Shown here: piece by piece, positions 52,401 through 64,000 of the stretch
Layout: every line of letters begins with the position of its first letter
Position numbering within the stretch: position 1 is the first letter of the stretch
Source: Macrostomum lignano
Lineage: Eukaryota
Length of the DNA stretch: 64,000 nucleotides
Assembly: GCA_002269645.1 (NCBI GenBank)
Contig: NIVC01002528.1
Location: 1-64,000, forward strand
Reading direction: 5' to 3'
Position numbers and translations under genes: made by a program
Notes under the pieces: generated by a model
The model's input: the letters and a program-made list of their open reading frames with translations, nothing else
Databases searched by the model: none
Told to the model about the DNA's origin: nothing

Positions 52401-54250
52401 CACTGTCTCCTCAGTTCACTGTCTCTTCAGTTCACTGTCTCTTCAGTTCACTGTCTCTTCACTGTCTCTTCAGTTCTCTGTCTCTTCAGTTCACTGTCTC
52501 TTTAGTTCACTGTCTCTTCAGTTCACTGTCTCTGCACTGTCTCTTCAGTTCACTGTCTCTTCAGTTCACTGTCTCTTTAGTTCACTGTCTCTTCAGTTCA
52601 CTGTCTCTTCAGTTCACTGTCTCTTCAGTTCACTGTCTCTTCAGTTCACTGTCTCTTCACTGTCTCTTCAGTTCTCTGTCTCTTCAGTTCACTGTCTCTT
52701 TAGTTCACTGTCTCTTCAGTTCACTGTCTCTTCAGTTCACTGTCTCTTCACTGTCTCTTCAGTTCTCTGTCTCTTCAGTTCACTGTCTCTTTAGTTCACT
52801 GTCTCTTCAGTTCACTGTCTCTTTACTGTCTCTTCAGTTCACTGTCTCTTCAGTTCACTGTCTCTTCAGTTCACTGTCTCTTCAGTTCACTGTCTCTTCA
52901 GTTCACTGTCTCTTCAGTTCACTGTCTCTTCACTGTCTCTTCAGTTCACTGTCTCTTCAGTTCACTGTCTCTTCACTGTCTCTTCAGTTCACTGTCTCTT
53001 CAGTTCACTGTCTCTTCAGTTCACTGTCTCTTCAGTTCTCTGTCTCTTCAGTTCACTGTCTCTTCAGTTCACTGTCTCTTCAGTTCACTGTCTCTTCAGT
53101 TCACTGTCTCTTCAGTTCACTGTCTCTTCAGTTCACTGTCTCTTCAGTTCATTGTCTCTTCAGTTCATTGTCTCTTCAGTTCACTGTCTCTTCAGTTCAC
53201 TGTCTCTTCAGTTCACTGTCTCTTTAGTTCACTGTCTCTTCAGTTCACTGTCTCTTCAGTTCACTGTCTCTTCAGTTCACTGTCTCTTCAGTTCACTGTC
53301 TCTTCAGTTCACTATCTCTTCACTGTCTCTTCAGTTCTCTGTCTCTTCAGTTCACTGTCTCTTTAGTTCACTGTCTCTTCAGTTCACTGTCTCTTCAGTT
53401 CACTGTCTCTTCAGTTCACTGTCTCTTCAGTTCACTGTCTCTTCAGTTCACTGTCTCTTCAGTTCACTGTCTCTTCATTTCATTGTCTCTTCAGTTCATT
53501 GTCTCCTCAGTTCACTGTCTCTTCAGTTCACTGTCTCTTCACTGTCTCTTCAGTTCACTGTCTCTTCACTGTCTCTTCAGTTCACTGTCTCTTCAGTTCA
53601 CTGTCTCTTCAGTTCACTGTCGCTTCAGTTCACTGTCTCTTCAGTTCACTGTCTCTTCACTGTCTCTTCAGTTCACTGTCTCTTCAGTTCACTGTCTCTT
53701 CATTTCATTGTCTCTTCAGTTCATTGTCTCCTCAGTTCACTGTCTCTTCAGTTCACTGTCTCTTCAGTTCACTGTCTCTTTAGTTCACTGTCTCTTCAGT
53801 TCACTGTCTCTTCAGTTCACTGTCTCTTCAGTTCACTGTCTCTTCAGTTCACTGTCTCTTCACTGTCTCTTCAGTTCTCTGTCTTTTCAGTTCACTGTGT
53901 CTTTAGTTCACTGTCTCTTCAGTTCACTGTCTCTTCAGTTCACTGTCTCTTCACTGTCTCTTCAGTTCACTGTCTCTTCAGTTCACTGTCTCTTCAGTTC
54001 ACTGTCTCTTCAGTTCACTGTCTCTTCAGTTCACTGTCTCTTCAGTTCACTGTCTCTTCAGTTCACTGTCTCTTCACTGTCTCTTCAGTTCACTGTCTCT
54101 TCACTGTCTCTTCAGTTCACTGTCTCTTTAGTTCACTGTCTCTTCAGTTCACTGTCGCTTCAGTTCACTGTCTCTTCAGTTCACTGTCTCTTCACTGTCT
54201 CTTCAGTTCACTGTCTTTTCAGTTCACTGTCTCTTCAGTTCACTGTCTCT
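28410..54250. repeat. 25.8-kb satellite of 16-bp TTCAGTTCACTGTCTC with interspersed 11-bp TTCACTGTCTC and TTTAG variants
   Basis: Direct read; the 16-aa periodicity of the ORF-track peptides (SSLSLQFTVSSVHCLF) confirms the 16-bp period. Confidence 0.99.
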
Positions 54251-55256
54251 TTGAATTGATGCATTTAGAAATGTTGCAATATCTTTAGTTTTATAAATAT
54301 TTTCTAATTTATTTTTTGAGTGACCATCAAGGCATAAAAAGTGGTGGGATCAACTCGATGCATTACTGATCAAGTACTTATAGTGTTATTAAAAATGCAA
54401 AAGATAAATAGATTTTCTCATGCACACGGGCGAGCTGCAGGTTAAATTGCCACAGGGATCAACAATAAGACGGGATCAGGTATAGCGCTCCCCTCCCCCT
54501 AGGAGAGATGAAGGGTTAAAAACTTTATGGCTAGACAAACAAGCTCCGTGATGGATTGAAACCACCCCCACCGTGCAGCCAGACCAGCTTCATCTGTCAA
54601 TCAATACGCTGGAGGGGAGGGCCGGGCATTTTATTGGATTCAGCAGCTTTTATTGGACGCAATGTTTTATTAGTCAGCTGTTGCACGACCGCCATCGCAC
54701 ACTCAGCTCAGTCGCTCTTTGCTACTAAAAGCAGATATTTCCTCGGGAAAAGTTCTCTATAGGAGCGTATATAGATTTTCGACCTACCTCAGCGTGCGAA
54801 AGAAAGTTAAGCAAAAAATGCTGCATGAATTTATAGTTTTCAACTTTCTGTTTGCCCGCAAATTTTACAGTTGGTGTCTTCTCGTGCACCTTCGTCTCAT
54901 TTGAATAATCGCAAGCTAATCGATTTGGATTATGCAAATTAACTGGCCCGAATGATAGCTTCTAATATAGCGATATGGGTTGCAGAATTTGCTACAACAC
55001 TTAGAATAACTAAACTATATCAAACTCTGACCGAGAGCTACTGAGAGCTCTTGTTGACCGACTTGATGGGTGGCCAGCATCTGTGTCGCCATGAAAAACT
55101 TACTTTTTTTTACACAGGATGGCATATGCTGGACTGAATTGCTGACACTGCAGACTGCTCAATATAGGGGGTATTGGACGGTAAGTTTTACTTCGTCATT
55201 ATAGGTATAAATTTTTTTTATCGTTGTTATGCATACGGCTGCAAATATTTCCACAA

Positions 55257-55470
55257 GAACCGAAATTTCACAACGCCGAAAACTACCTGCATGTTCCTTC
55301 ATAAGACCGAAATTTCACAACGCCGAAAACTACCTGCATGTTCCAATTCATAAATCCGAAATTTCGCATCGTAAAAAACTCAATATGCAAGCTAGTTATA
55401 GGCACTTCATAACATTGAAGTTTCATATTTTGGACCATGCAGAATTTTTTGGCGTTGTGAAACTTCGGTC
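55257..55470. mobile_element. Small inverted-repeat (MITE-like) remnant
   Basis: Two direct copies of CCGAAATTTCACAACGCCGAAAACTACCTGCATGTTCC and an inverted copy GGCGTTGTGAAACTTCGGTC at ~55450-55469; no TSD identified. Confidence 0.5.
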
Positions 55471-55504
55471 TTTATATGAGGCCCCCAATAATTAATGACC
55501 CAGT

Positions 55505-56160
55505 CCTACATTAAGAATTACTGCAGTTCAAGTATCTGGGTGTCTGGTCACTGACCCGGATGCCATTGTAAACAACCGCAAGCAGCTGGCATGGCGGGCT
55601 TTCTCACCTTCTCCACTCCATCTTCAACTGCCGGCTCGCAACCACAGCCTGGAAGGTCGCCCCTCCTCTATCCGCTCGGCAGTTAAGACGGCCCTGACCT
55701 ACCGGGCTGTTTGGAAGCTATTTTCATAACTGCCACTTGTGAGGCGAGCTTGGAGGCCTGCCATCGCCACCTCCTGGGCAATGCCCTGGGCATCCGGTTC
55801 CCTGCGCTTGCGCATGAACAACGCCGAGCTGGCGACCCGGACCCGCGTGCCGCCACGTACCCTCTGCAGAGGCGACGCCATGCAGATGTTGATCGCGGCC
55901 ACTGCGTGCGTGCCCACCCACGGGGCACAAGGCCCCCGCTCGCCGACCTGCTGCTCAGCCCCTTGTGGCCGCGGGAGACCGCCAAGGGCCATAGGTTGGC
56001 TGCACCACTCTGACTGATCGATACTCTTCTCTCTGCAGGCTCTGGGACAATTACCCCTCAGTCTGCAGCTAAGGCTCGACCTAACTGTTTTCCCACCAGC
56101 GGCCAGCGGGTGCTTCGCTGACCCCGGTGCCAGTGTCTGTTTAATAATAATTATAATAAG
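55505..56160 (+). mobile_element. 5'-truncated, degenerate RTE-like non-LTR retrotransposon (RT C-terminal remnant)
   Basis: Frameshifted fragments FKYLG, NRKQLAWRAF, LEACHRHLLGNALGIRFP, MNNAEL resemble the post-RT region of RTE-clade ORFs; ends in a (TAA)n tail at ~56142-56160. Confidence 0.7.
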
Positions 56161-58779
56161 TACAAAGCTAAAGCTCAAGTATTCTAATCTAAAAGACAGC
56201 TGATTATCAGCTGATATTTAATATAGAAGCTCAGTAGTTTAGTAGCAGCTTACATAAAATGTTTCTTTAATAAAAAAACAATCTTAGACAGTTTCGATGA
56301 TTTGGCAATAACCAATTGCGACATGTTTTGTTTATCATTTGCAGAATTTTAATTTTTGATGTTTAAAAATGATTAGGCACAATTATTGCAACTTATAGAG
56401 GGAAAGAAAGAGAAAATGTTAGATTAGAATACACTTCGGTTTACTAAGAAATATCAGACTTCATCAAGCTGGTTGCAATAGCTGAGGCTAGGCCATGATC
56501 GAAGATCTATTTTATATATAGTTGTAAGCCATTCCCCTGCCTCGCTCTGAGCCCCCCCCCCTAAAGCTATTGTCTAAATTAGTGGCGGGTCTGACAATTG
56601 ACGATTAACAAAAACCTTTAGGAAAAGCCTCCTAGGCACTAGGGTCTATGCCTACACAAGCCACTAGTTTGACTTTATCATGGCCATGGATAGCAACATT
56701 TTGATTTTTTTATGTTCAGAGGCAGCAGTCTAAAATTTTGTAAATGAAATAGGCCCAGTAGTCACCTAATAAAGTACAAACTAGGGTGTAGGCTAGCCAT
56801 ATGTTTTTAATCTTACATATATTAAAAAAATAAATAGGCCTAGGCCTAGAAATTGGGATGTGCAGTGATTTCATCTAACTGCCTTTTTGTTTGCTAGCAG
56901 ACAAAGAATATAGCTAGGCCTAGCAAACTAGGCCTAGGCTAGGCCCCTATGCAGGTTCCAGTTCCATGAATCCATGGTCTTGTCTTGGTCCATTTTAGAC
57001 TTAAGTAAATTAAAACAAACATGTAATTTACTTGTTTGAATACCAGTTGTATAAATAGTCTATTGCTAGTTGCCTATATATATATAAGCAACTATATAGG
57101 CCAAGTTTGCAATAGGCCTAAGCCTACTTTTATTCTTTAAAGTTAATATAAGTAGGCCTATGCAAATAATATTTTTAGGCCTAGGCCCTAATAATATTCT
57201 CAATACTATTCTCATAATATTTTCATAATATTCTTGTTAGCCACAAAGTTGTATTTGACTTGGCAAATAGGACTATAGGTCTAATAAAGTTAAAATCTAT
57301 ATTATTTCTATAGGCCTAAATAGGTCCTGTCTATATTATTGATAGCTTAGTTAACTTATTTTATAAGCTATGCAAGCATACCTTAGCTTAGATGCCAATA
57401 AAGGTGAATTAATTGCAAACCTTAATTAATTGCAAGCTAACCTTAGGCCTATTGTAGCCAAAGTCTAAACTATTCTAGATATCTCTTTGGGTGCTAGGCC
57501 TAAACTTGTCAAATTTTTTTTCATCAATTGGCTTAGCTGTATAGTAAATTTGTCAACTGGTAAATTTGTCAACTGGTAAATTCGTCAATTGGTAAATTCT
57601 TCAGCATAATACAGTATGAGCAGCTGTCTCAGTGCACAGAAAACAGATTCATAAAACCAATGAGCCAAGCCATGTCATTATAATGCTAGTTTTTAGGCAC
57701 ATGACATGACAATTGTCAATTGTGACAATTTGGGACAATGCCTGCCTTTATTGTCGCCAGATCGGCAAATCATCTATTACTAGAATGTCTTTTTGCTAGA
57801 TTGACTGGATAAGAGACATCAGCGCACTGTAGCACCTAGCAGTCTGCCATATATATGATCAAATATGAGATACAATAAAATAAAACTATGAAACCAAGAA
57901 TCTTCCATTTTAACAACTAGCTAGGCCTAGGCCCTAGGGGGACCACAATTTTGTCACTTGTCAGGATTCCAATCTTAATCAATTTCAATTTCAATCAGTT
58001 TTAATAAATGTAATTCAACCAAAAATATTACTTAACTAATTTTTATACACATATAAATAAAAAACTTATTGTTTTTGCTTCTGTTTGCATCTCTTGATTC
58101 TATACACTTATTATATTGCATATCTGTTATGCCCTATGCAAACTATGGTAAACTTTTCAACATAGTTGATAGATAAAAAGTTGATGAGTTTACCTAGATC
58201 CATCTCTTTTCCCTATCCCTTTGCAATAATGCACTAGATAGACTTATGCCACTAATGCTAATGCCTACAATGCAAAGGGCCAATCTATACTAGATGCTGG
58301 ATGACATCAGTGCAAACTACTAAGACAACTGTCTAGTAATAGGCTTAGGCCTATGTCTTTCAAATTGATCTTATAGGAATTGAATAGCTTATAGATAGCC
58401 ATAGTTATAGTCTAGTTAGCTTAGCCATACTGTTATTTTTGTTTCTAGGGCTATAAGTATGTCTAATTAGAGTAGTATAATAATTATTTATGATTATTCC
58501 TATGGATCTCAGTTTTAGTTTTAGAAGCAACTTGTTGCTACTAGCATTAGTACTGTTTTAGCCATAGATAGTCAGCCAACCTAGCTAAACTAGGATAACC
58601 CAAGGTTTACTCATCCTATTTGTAATATTTTGTAATTTTTAAAAATTGCAATAAAAATCTTATACAAATTGCAAAGTTATAATAAGATCTAGTAAATTTA
58701 TTTGATAAAAAATATAAAAACTATATCACTTTATGGGCATTGGTGTTATATCTTTATCTTATCCTTATTGCATGAAGTC

Positions 58780-60790
58780 ATGCCACAAAAGGTAAAAGGC
58801 TTCAATAAGAAGGTGCAAGAGGTTGCACCAACTGACCAAGAAAGTGAAGCTTGGATAACAGCTATAATTAATGGCTTGGCTTTGGCTGAACAGCATAATG
58901 AGTACCATGAAGGCTTTATGCATTGGATTAATGAATTGAATAAGTGAGTTTTTCAATGACATCAGTGTTTAATAATAAATTTTTGTCTTGGGATTTGTGT
59001 TCTAACATAAAAATCCTATTTTTTGGGCTTTATGAAGCTACCTACAGATGTTTGAGCTGCACTTCTCAAAGGAGACGCATTTGCAGCTAATTCAACTGAT
59101 GTACCAGCATATGACCAACCTGGAGCACGACAGTCTTATTCAGCTAGGCTGTATGGATGCGCTTTACCGACTGCTTAAGTGAGCTGCTTCCTTTGATAGA
59201 ATTTTGTTCATGGGTTTGGTATTTATTGGAATAGTTCTCTAATTCATTTCCTCATGTTTTCAATCATTTGGTTGGTTCTTTTGAATTGTATTGCAATAGA
59301 TAGGGGGTCATAGCCCAGTCAGTGGTCTGGCGCTGCGCTCTGATGTGTGTGCGGCCCAGGCTCGATTCCAAGTGCAGTCACATAAATTTGGGGCTAAATT
59401 GAAATCTCGGCTTGGCTCTGCTCGTGCAATTAACGCCAAGCTTGAGGGCCAACCCCCAAGGCACAGTGAAGTGTACTGTGTACAGGCCTAACGATAAATA
59501 AAGTTTAGGGCCGCTGTACACTCCTGTGTGAGTGTGGACCTGTGCGTGTGACTACGCGCTTGTGTGCCTGCTCAGGGGAGTCGGCGGAATGGGCAGTAAT
59601 GCCTCTCGCCGGTTGTGTGACTGTCGCTTGTAAAGTGCGCCTGGGTGCACACGCCGCCCCCTGTCTCTTGTCTAACAAGAAAGTAACAGGTTACAAGGTA
59701 TTTTAGATTGTTTTCGAGCTCTACCTAAATGATTTAGATGGCCCTTAAACTCATTTGCTATTCGATTATAATTTTACGCAACAGTTTACCGGTCATCTAA
59801 ATCTACTTCTATCAACACATGCTAAATCTCTTATTATTTACTCACTTTCAGGCACACAAAGTGTCTGCAGCCCAGCGACCTTCGCTTGGACTGGCGCCCG
59901 CTCTACAATCTGGCTAGGCACTATAAAAATTTCCAATCGTCAATTATTCGACACGGAAACGATTTTATTAGAATGTGAGTTGTTTAAGTTGTGTACATGG
60001 GAGTTCGAGTTGACTTGATTACACCTGCCCCAATGGCCAGATGTGCAACCGACAGCTCAGCCGCAGCTATTGCTGCATACGGCTGTTCAGTTCAAGGACT
60101 GGGGGGTCGCCACACACACCCTCAGTTCCCCAGCTAATGCTGGCACCCATTTTACAGCTGTGTGAACTGAAGCAATGCAGAGTCAGTGTCTTGCTCAAGG
60201 ACACAAATTGTTCCGAGTGGGTCGAGAATCGAACCCCCGACCTTTGCAGTCGTGATTTCGATGCTCTAAAGCACTCATACACACGCTCACACAGGGTGTA
60301 CAGCGGCCCTGACTCTCTTATCGTCAGGCATGTACAGCCTCTGTGCCTTGGGGTTGGCCCTCAAGGCTGTGAATCGCTCAATTATTAGCTTATAAATTCA
60401 TTCGCCTATCTTCATCCATTTGCCAAGCTCTTGGCGCCAGTTCCAGCGCTGTGCCGCCCGCGCCTCGCCCTACTTCGAGCCCGACGCTACCAGGCAAATT
60501 CTGGACGAATTGTCGCCTCGACTCTGCAAGACTTCGGTAGATTTCGAAACTCAGTCTCACTACCTGGCTCTGCTGCCTGTCTGCTTCTTGCCCGGCGTGT
60601 CGCAGGCGGATACTATCGATCTGTGGGCCAAGCCCATTCTCAAGTTCTGGTGCGCGCCCTGCCGCTCTTTGGGGCTGGGGGTCAGGCACTGCGCCTATCT
60701 CTGTCTGTGTGTGTTGTCTGTCTGTGTGTCTTAGTGTCTGTCTGTCTGTCTGTCTGTCTGCCTGTCTGTCTGTCTGTCTGTCAATCTGGC

Positions 60791-60866
<76 letters not shown>

Positions 60867-60920
60867 AGTCAATCTGTCTGTCTGTCTGTCAATCTGTCTG
60901 TCTGTCTGTCTGTCTGTCAA

Positions 60921-60953
<33 letters not shown>

Positions 60954-60976
60954 TTGTCTGTCTGTCTGTCTTATAG

Positions 60977-61040
<64 letters not shown>

Positions 61041-64000
61041 AAAATCTGTCAATGTTTCTGTCATTTCATCTGACTGTCTGTTTGCCCGTCTTTTTGTAAT
61101 TATGCGGTGTATCAAGATACAGCAACTTTAAATTTGGCACAACAAGTGCCGGTGTCAATTGTCAAAAATCGAATGTCAAATCCTGACGCTTTAAAATAGC
61201 TTTAAAAGTTATTCAAAATGAAACCTGCACAGGCCGGAGTCAGCCATCGGCACCAAGGTAGAAGCTTTGCTAGCCCAGACTCTGGCTAATTTAGTTGACG
61301 AATGGCACGACTGCATCGACTGGGAGCCGCACCTGGCCAACCTGTGCAGCCTGGTCCACCGCAGCATGCGATTGCCTGTTGGCAAAGCGCCAAATTCTAT
61401 GCAGCCGCCTAGGATTCTGTCTTCTCAAGGCCACGGTCACGATCGAAGCAAAGGAGCGGAGGACCGGTTAATGGGCAAGCTGGCCGCTCTGCTGATTGGC
61501 GCTATTCGGCCTGGCTCGGATGCGGCTGTCAATCATATTGGCAAGCTGTTGCGATTGGTTGAGCCCTATATGCATCCGTCTAATAGTGGTCGCTGGATGC
61601 TGGTTGGTTTTACTGTTCTATGCCAGTTTATGCTGTTCCAGTAGCTGAAATTCCAACCCCCATTCATAAAGTCCAAATCCCTATAGCCAAAATCCCAATT
61701 CCCGTAGCAAAAATCCCAATACCCGTAGCAAAAATCCCAATACCTGTAGCCAAAATCTGGATAGCCGTCGCCAAAATCACAATTCCCGTAGCAAAAATCC
61801 CGATACCCGTAGCAAAAATCCCAATCCCCATAGCCAAAATCTGAATCCTCATAGCCAATATCTTATTACCCTTAGCCAGCCAAAATCCCAATTCTCGTAG
61901 TTAAAATGCAAACTTCCCCGTAACAAGAATCCCGATTCCCCTTGATATAATCCCGATTCCCTTTAATATAATCCCGATTCCTTTTGATATAATCCCGATT
62001 CCCTTTAATATAATCCCGATTCCCTTTAATATAATCCCGATTCCTTTTGATATAATCCCGATTCCCCTAGCTATAATCCCGATTCCTTCAGCTATAATCC
62101 CAATTCCCCTTGCTATAATCCCGATTCCCTCAGTTGTAATCCCGATTCCCCTAGCTATAATCCCGATTCCTTCAGCTATAATCCCAATTCCCCTTGCTAT
62201 AATCCCGATTCCCCTAGCTATAATCCCGATTCCCTCAGCTATAATCCCGATTCCCTCAGCTATAATCCCGATTCCTTCAGCTATAATCCCAAATCCCTCA
62301 GCTATAATCCCGATTCCTTCAGCTATAATCCCAATTCCCCTTGCTATAATCCCGATTCCCCTAGCTATAATCCCGATTCCCTCAGCTATAATCCCGATTC
62401 CCTCAGCTATAATCCCGATTCCTTCAGCTATAATCCCAAATCCCTCAGCTATAATCCCGATTCCTTCAGCTATAATCCCAATTCCCTCTGCTATAATCCC
62501 GATTCCCCTAGCTATAATCCCGATTCCCCTAGCTAAAATCCCGATTCCCCTAGCTATAATCCCGAAACAGCAAGTAATAAAGTATATGCCAATTCCTATT
62601 TAAAATTTCAATTTGCAGTCGGTCGCTTCACTAATCCGCAAGCTGCTCACTAAGCTGGTGCACCGGCTCACAGACGAGCGTCACGGTCATTCGCACAAAG
62701 TCTGGTGGCGCCTACCGCCTAAGGAGGCACACATTAGCGACTCGCAAAGATTAGCCCTGTTCAACATGCTACTGGAGCCGGCTTTTATGCTAATCCACGC
62801 TCGTGGCTACACTATCAGCATGGCTTCCTGCGCTAATCTGATTTGCCAGTTGAATCCCGGGCCGTTTTTACAGCGGCTGTTTGTTGAATTGCAGCCGGCT
62901 CTGATGGATTCCAGTCAGCCTCATCGGCTCTGCGCTCTGTTGCTAATGGCCTCTAGAGTTGGATTGGCTATCGTGCGCTACTCTCCTGAAGAGGTGGTGC
63001 CGCTGTTGCACAGGTGCGTACAGGTGAAATAAATCTGCTAGGATGAAAGTTTCTATTCAAATAACCTGACCGAAGGATCCTCCTGACCTAAATAACCTCC
63101 CGACCTAAAACACCTGACCTAACTGACCTCCTGGCCTAAATGACCTGACCTAAATTACCTGACCTAAATGACTTGACCTAAATGACCTGACCTAAATGAC
63201 CTGACCTAAATGAACTCCTGACCTAAATGACCTGACCTAAATAAACTTCTGACCTAAATGACCTGACCTAAATGACCTCCTGACCTAAATTACCTCCTGA
63301 CCTAAATGACCTGACCTAAATAAACTTCTGACCTAAATGACCTGACCTAAATGACCTGACCTAAATAACCTTCTGACCTAAATGACCTCCTGACCTAAAT
63401 GAACTCCTGATCTAAACTACCTCCTGACGTAAATAATCTGCTGAGTTAGATTACCTCCTAACCTGAATAATCTCCTCACCGAAAGAACCAGACCTAAATG
63501 ATCCTTGATCGAGATAACCTGATTCTTAGTTCTAAAAAGAAATGCTTCCAATTAATTTTAATATATTATATTATTTAAGAAAAAGCCGTTCTTTTTTATC
63601 TTAGTGCGGGCTTGTCACAATACGCAGAGACTGTACCCCCTGTGTGAGCGTGTGTTTGAGTACGTGCCTGCGTGCAGTTTTGGCGCGCTTGCTTGTGCTC
63701 AGGAACGGGCAGAATTGCCATCAGCGTGTGTTGTGTGGAACGATTGATTGCGCCATAAATTTGTTTCTACCATACCAATCAATCCATTCCATCACCGCAG
63801 CGTACTGCCACTGCTCGAGCTGAGCAACCCGCTCCGCTTAGCGGCCGCTCTGTCACTAATTAAAGAACTCATTCACGAGATCTCTCTGGACACCTCGTTG
63901 GAAGAATTCTCCGCCTTATTCATGGACCGAGTCCTAGCCATAGCCGAGTCCCTGCTCACTGGCACCGGTTTTGGCGCCAGTTCAAAATCTGCAGCCGGCC
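58780..64000 (+). CDS. PSME4: Proteasome activator subunit 4 (PA200/Blm10), 5' part; continues beyond window
   Basis: Exons 58780-58943, 59038-59178, 59852-59974, 60428-60649, 61233-61602, 62619-63013, 63801-64000; phases compatible. Motifs [77 protein letters not shown] align by eye with PA200. Confidence 0.9.
59303..59667 (+). mobile_element. tRNA-headed SINE, family B (second full copy), in PSME4 intron
   Basis: Long near-identical stretches with 13477-13851. Confidence 0.8.
60019..60270 (-). mobile_element. SINE family A, second copy (A box clipped)
   Basis: Reverse complement matches 23150-23395. Confidence 0.85.
60271..60377 (-). mobile_element. SINE family B central fragment abutting the family A copy
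   Basis: Revcomp GCCTTGAGGGCCAACCCCAAGGCACAG..GTACATGCCTGACGAT..GGGCCGCTGTACACCCTGTGTGAG matches 13607-13695. Confidence 0.75.
60710..61040. repeat. (TGTC)n microsatellite with variants, intronic
   Basis: Direct read. Confidence 0.95.
61678..62565. repeat. Two adjacent related 21-bp minisatellites (CCAAAATCCCAATTCCCGTAG-type 61678-61860; TATAATCCCGATTCCCCTAGC-type 61925-62565)
   Basis: Direct read; within PSME4 intron 61603-62618. Confidence 0.92.
63068..63520. repeat. Degenerate TGACCTAAATGACC-type tandem repeat (14-17-bp units)
   Basis: Direct read; intron 63014-63800. Confidence 0.9.
63630..63745 (+). mobile_element. Diverged fragment of the SINE family B central/3' region
   Basis: CTGTACCCCCTGTGTGAGCGTGTG..GCGCGCTTG..TGCTCAGG..GGGCAG.A.TGCC similar to 13673-13772. 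Confidence 0.55.

Noticed and set aside
28390-54288. Very long ORFs (up to 1528 aa) in the satellite
   Set aside because: They arise because the + strand of the 16/11-bp units lacks stop codons; all three frames give the same periodic peptide.
55500-56150. CpG-island promoter or host gene for the GC-rich ORF cluster
   Set aside because: Better explained as a frameshifted RTE-like LINE remnant with a (TAA)n tail.

Overview
Eukaryotic (metazoan, AT-rich, short GT-AG introns) genomic window; the style suggests a free-living flatworm such as Macrostomum, but that is inference. About half the window is tandem repeat, dominated by a 25.8-kb satellite (28410-54250) built from a 16-bp unit and an 11-bp deletion variant. 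Nearly all long ORFs in the supplied track are repeat artefacts. Manual splicing recovers five genes: (1) a PDLIM/Zasp-type PDZ gene (+, ~0.9-3.1 kb, one apparent 1-nt frameshift); (2) a secreted PAN/Apple-like + ALK/LTK glycine-rich-domain protein (-, 3840-5834); (3) a 17-exon, frame-intact neprilysin/M13 homologue (-, 6758-19085) whose HExxH zinc motif reads AQMTK, i.e. a likely pseudo-peptidase; (4) a two-exon type I membrane protein with TSP1-like repeats (-, 21880-23719); (5) the 5' part of PSME4/PA200 (+, 58780 to window end). Mobile DNA: an 817-bp TIR element with an 8-bp TSD confirmed by an empty paralogous site, two tRNA-headed SINE families, a degenerate RTE-like LINE 3' end and a candidate solo LTR containing four hairpins with an identical GCGTACGACGC apex. 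A sharply bounded CpG-depleted, TAGGCCTA-rich domain covers the 5' end of PSME4. No CRISPR, rRNA or bona fide tRNA gene was seen.
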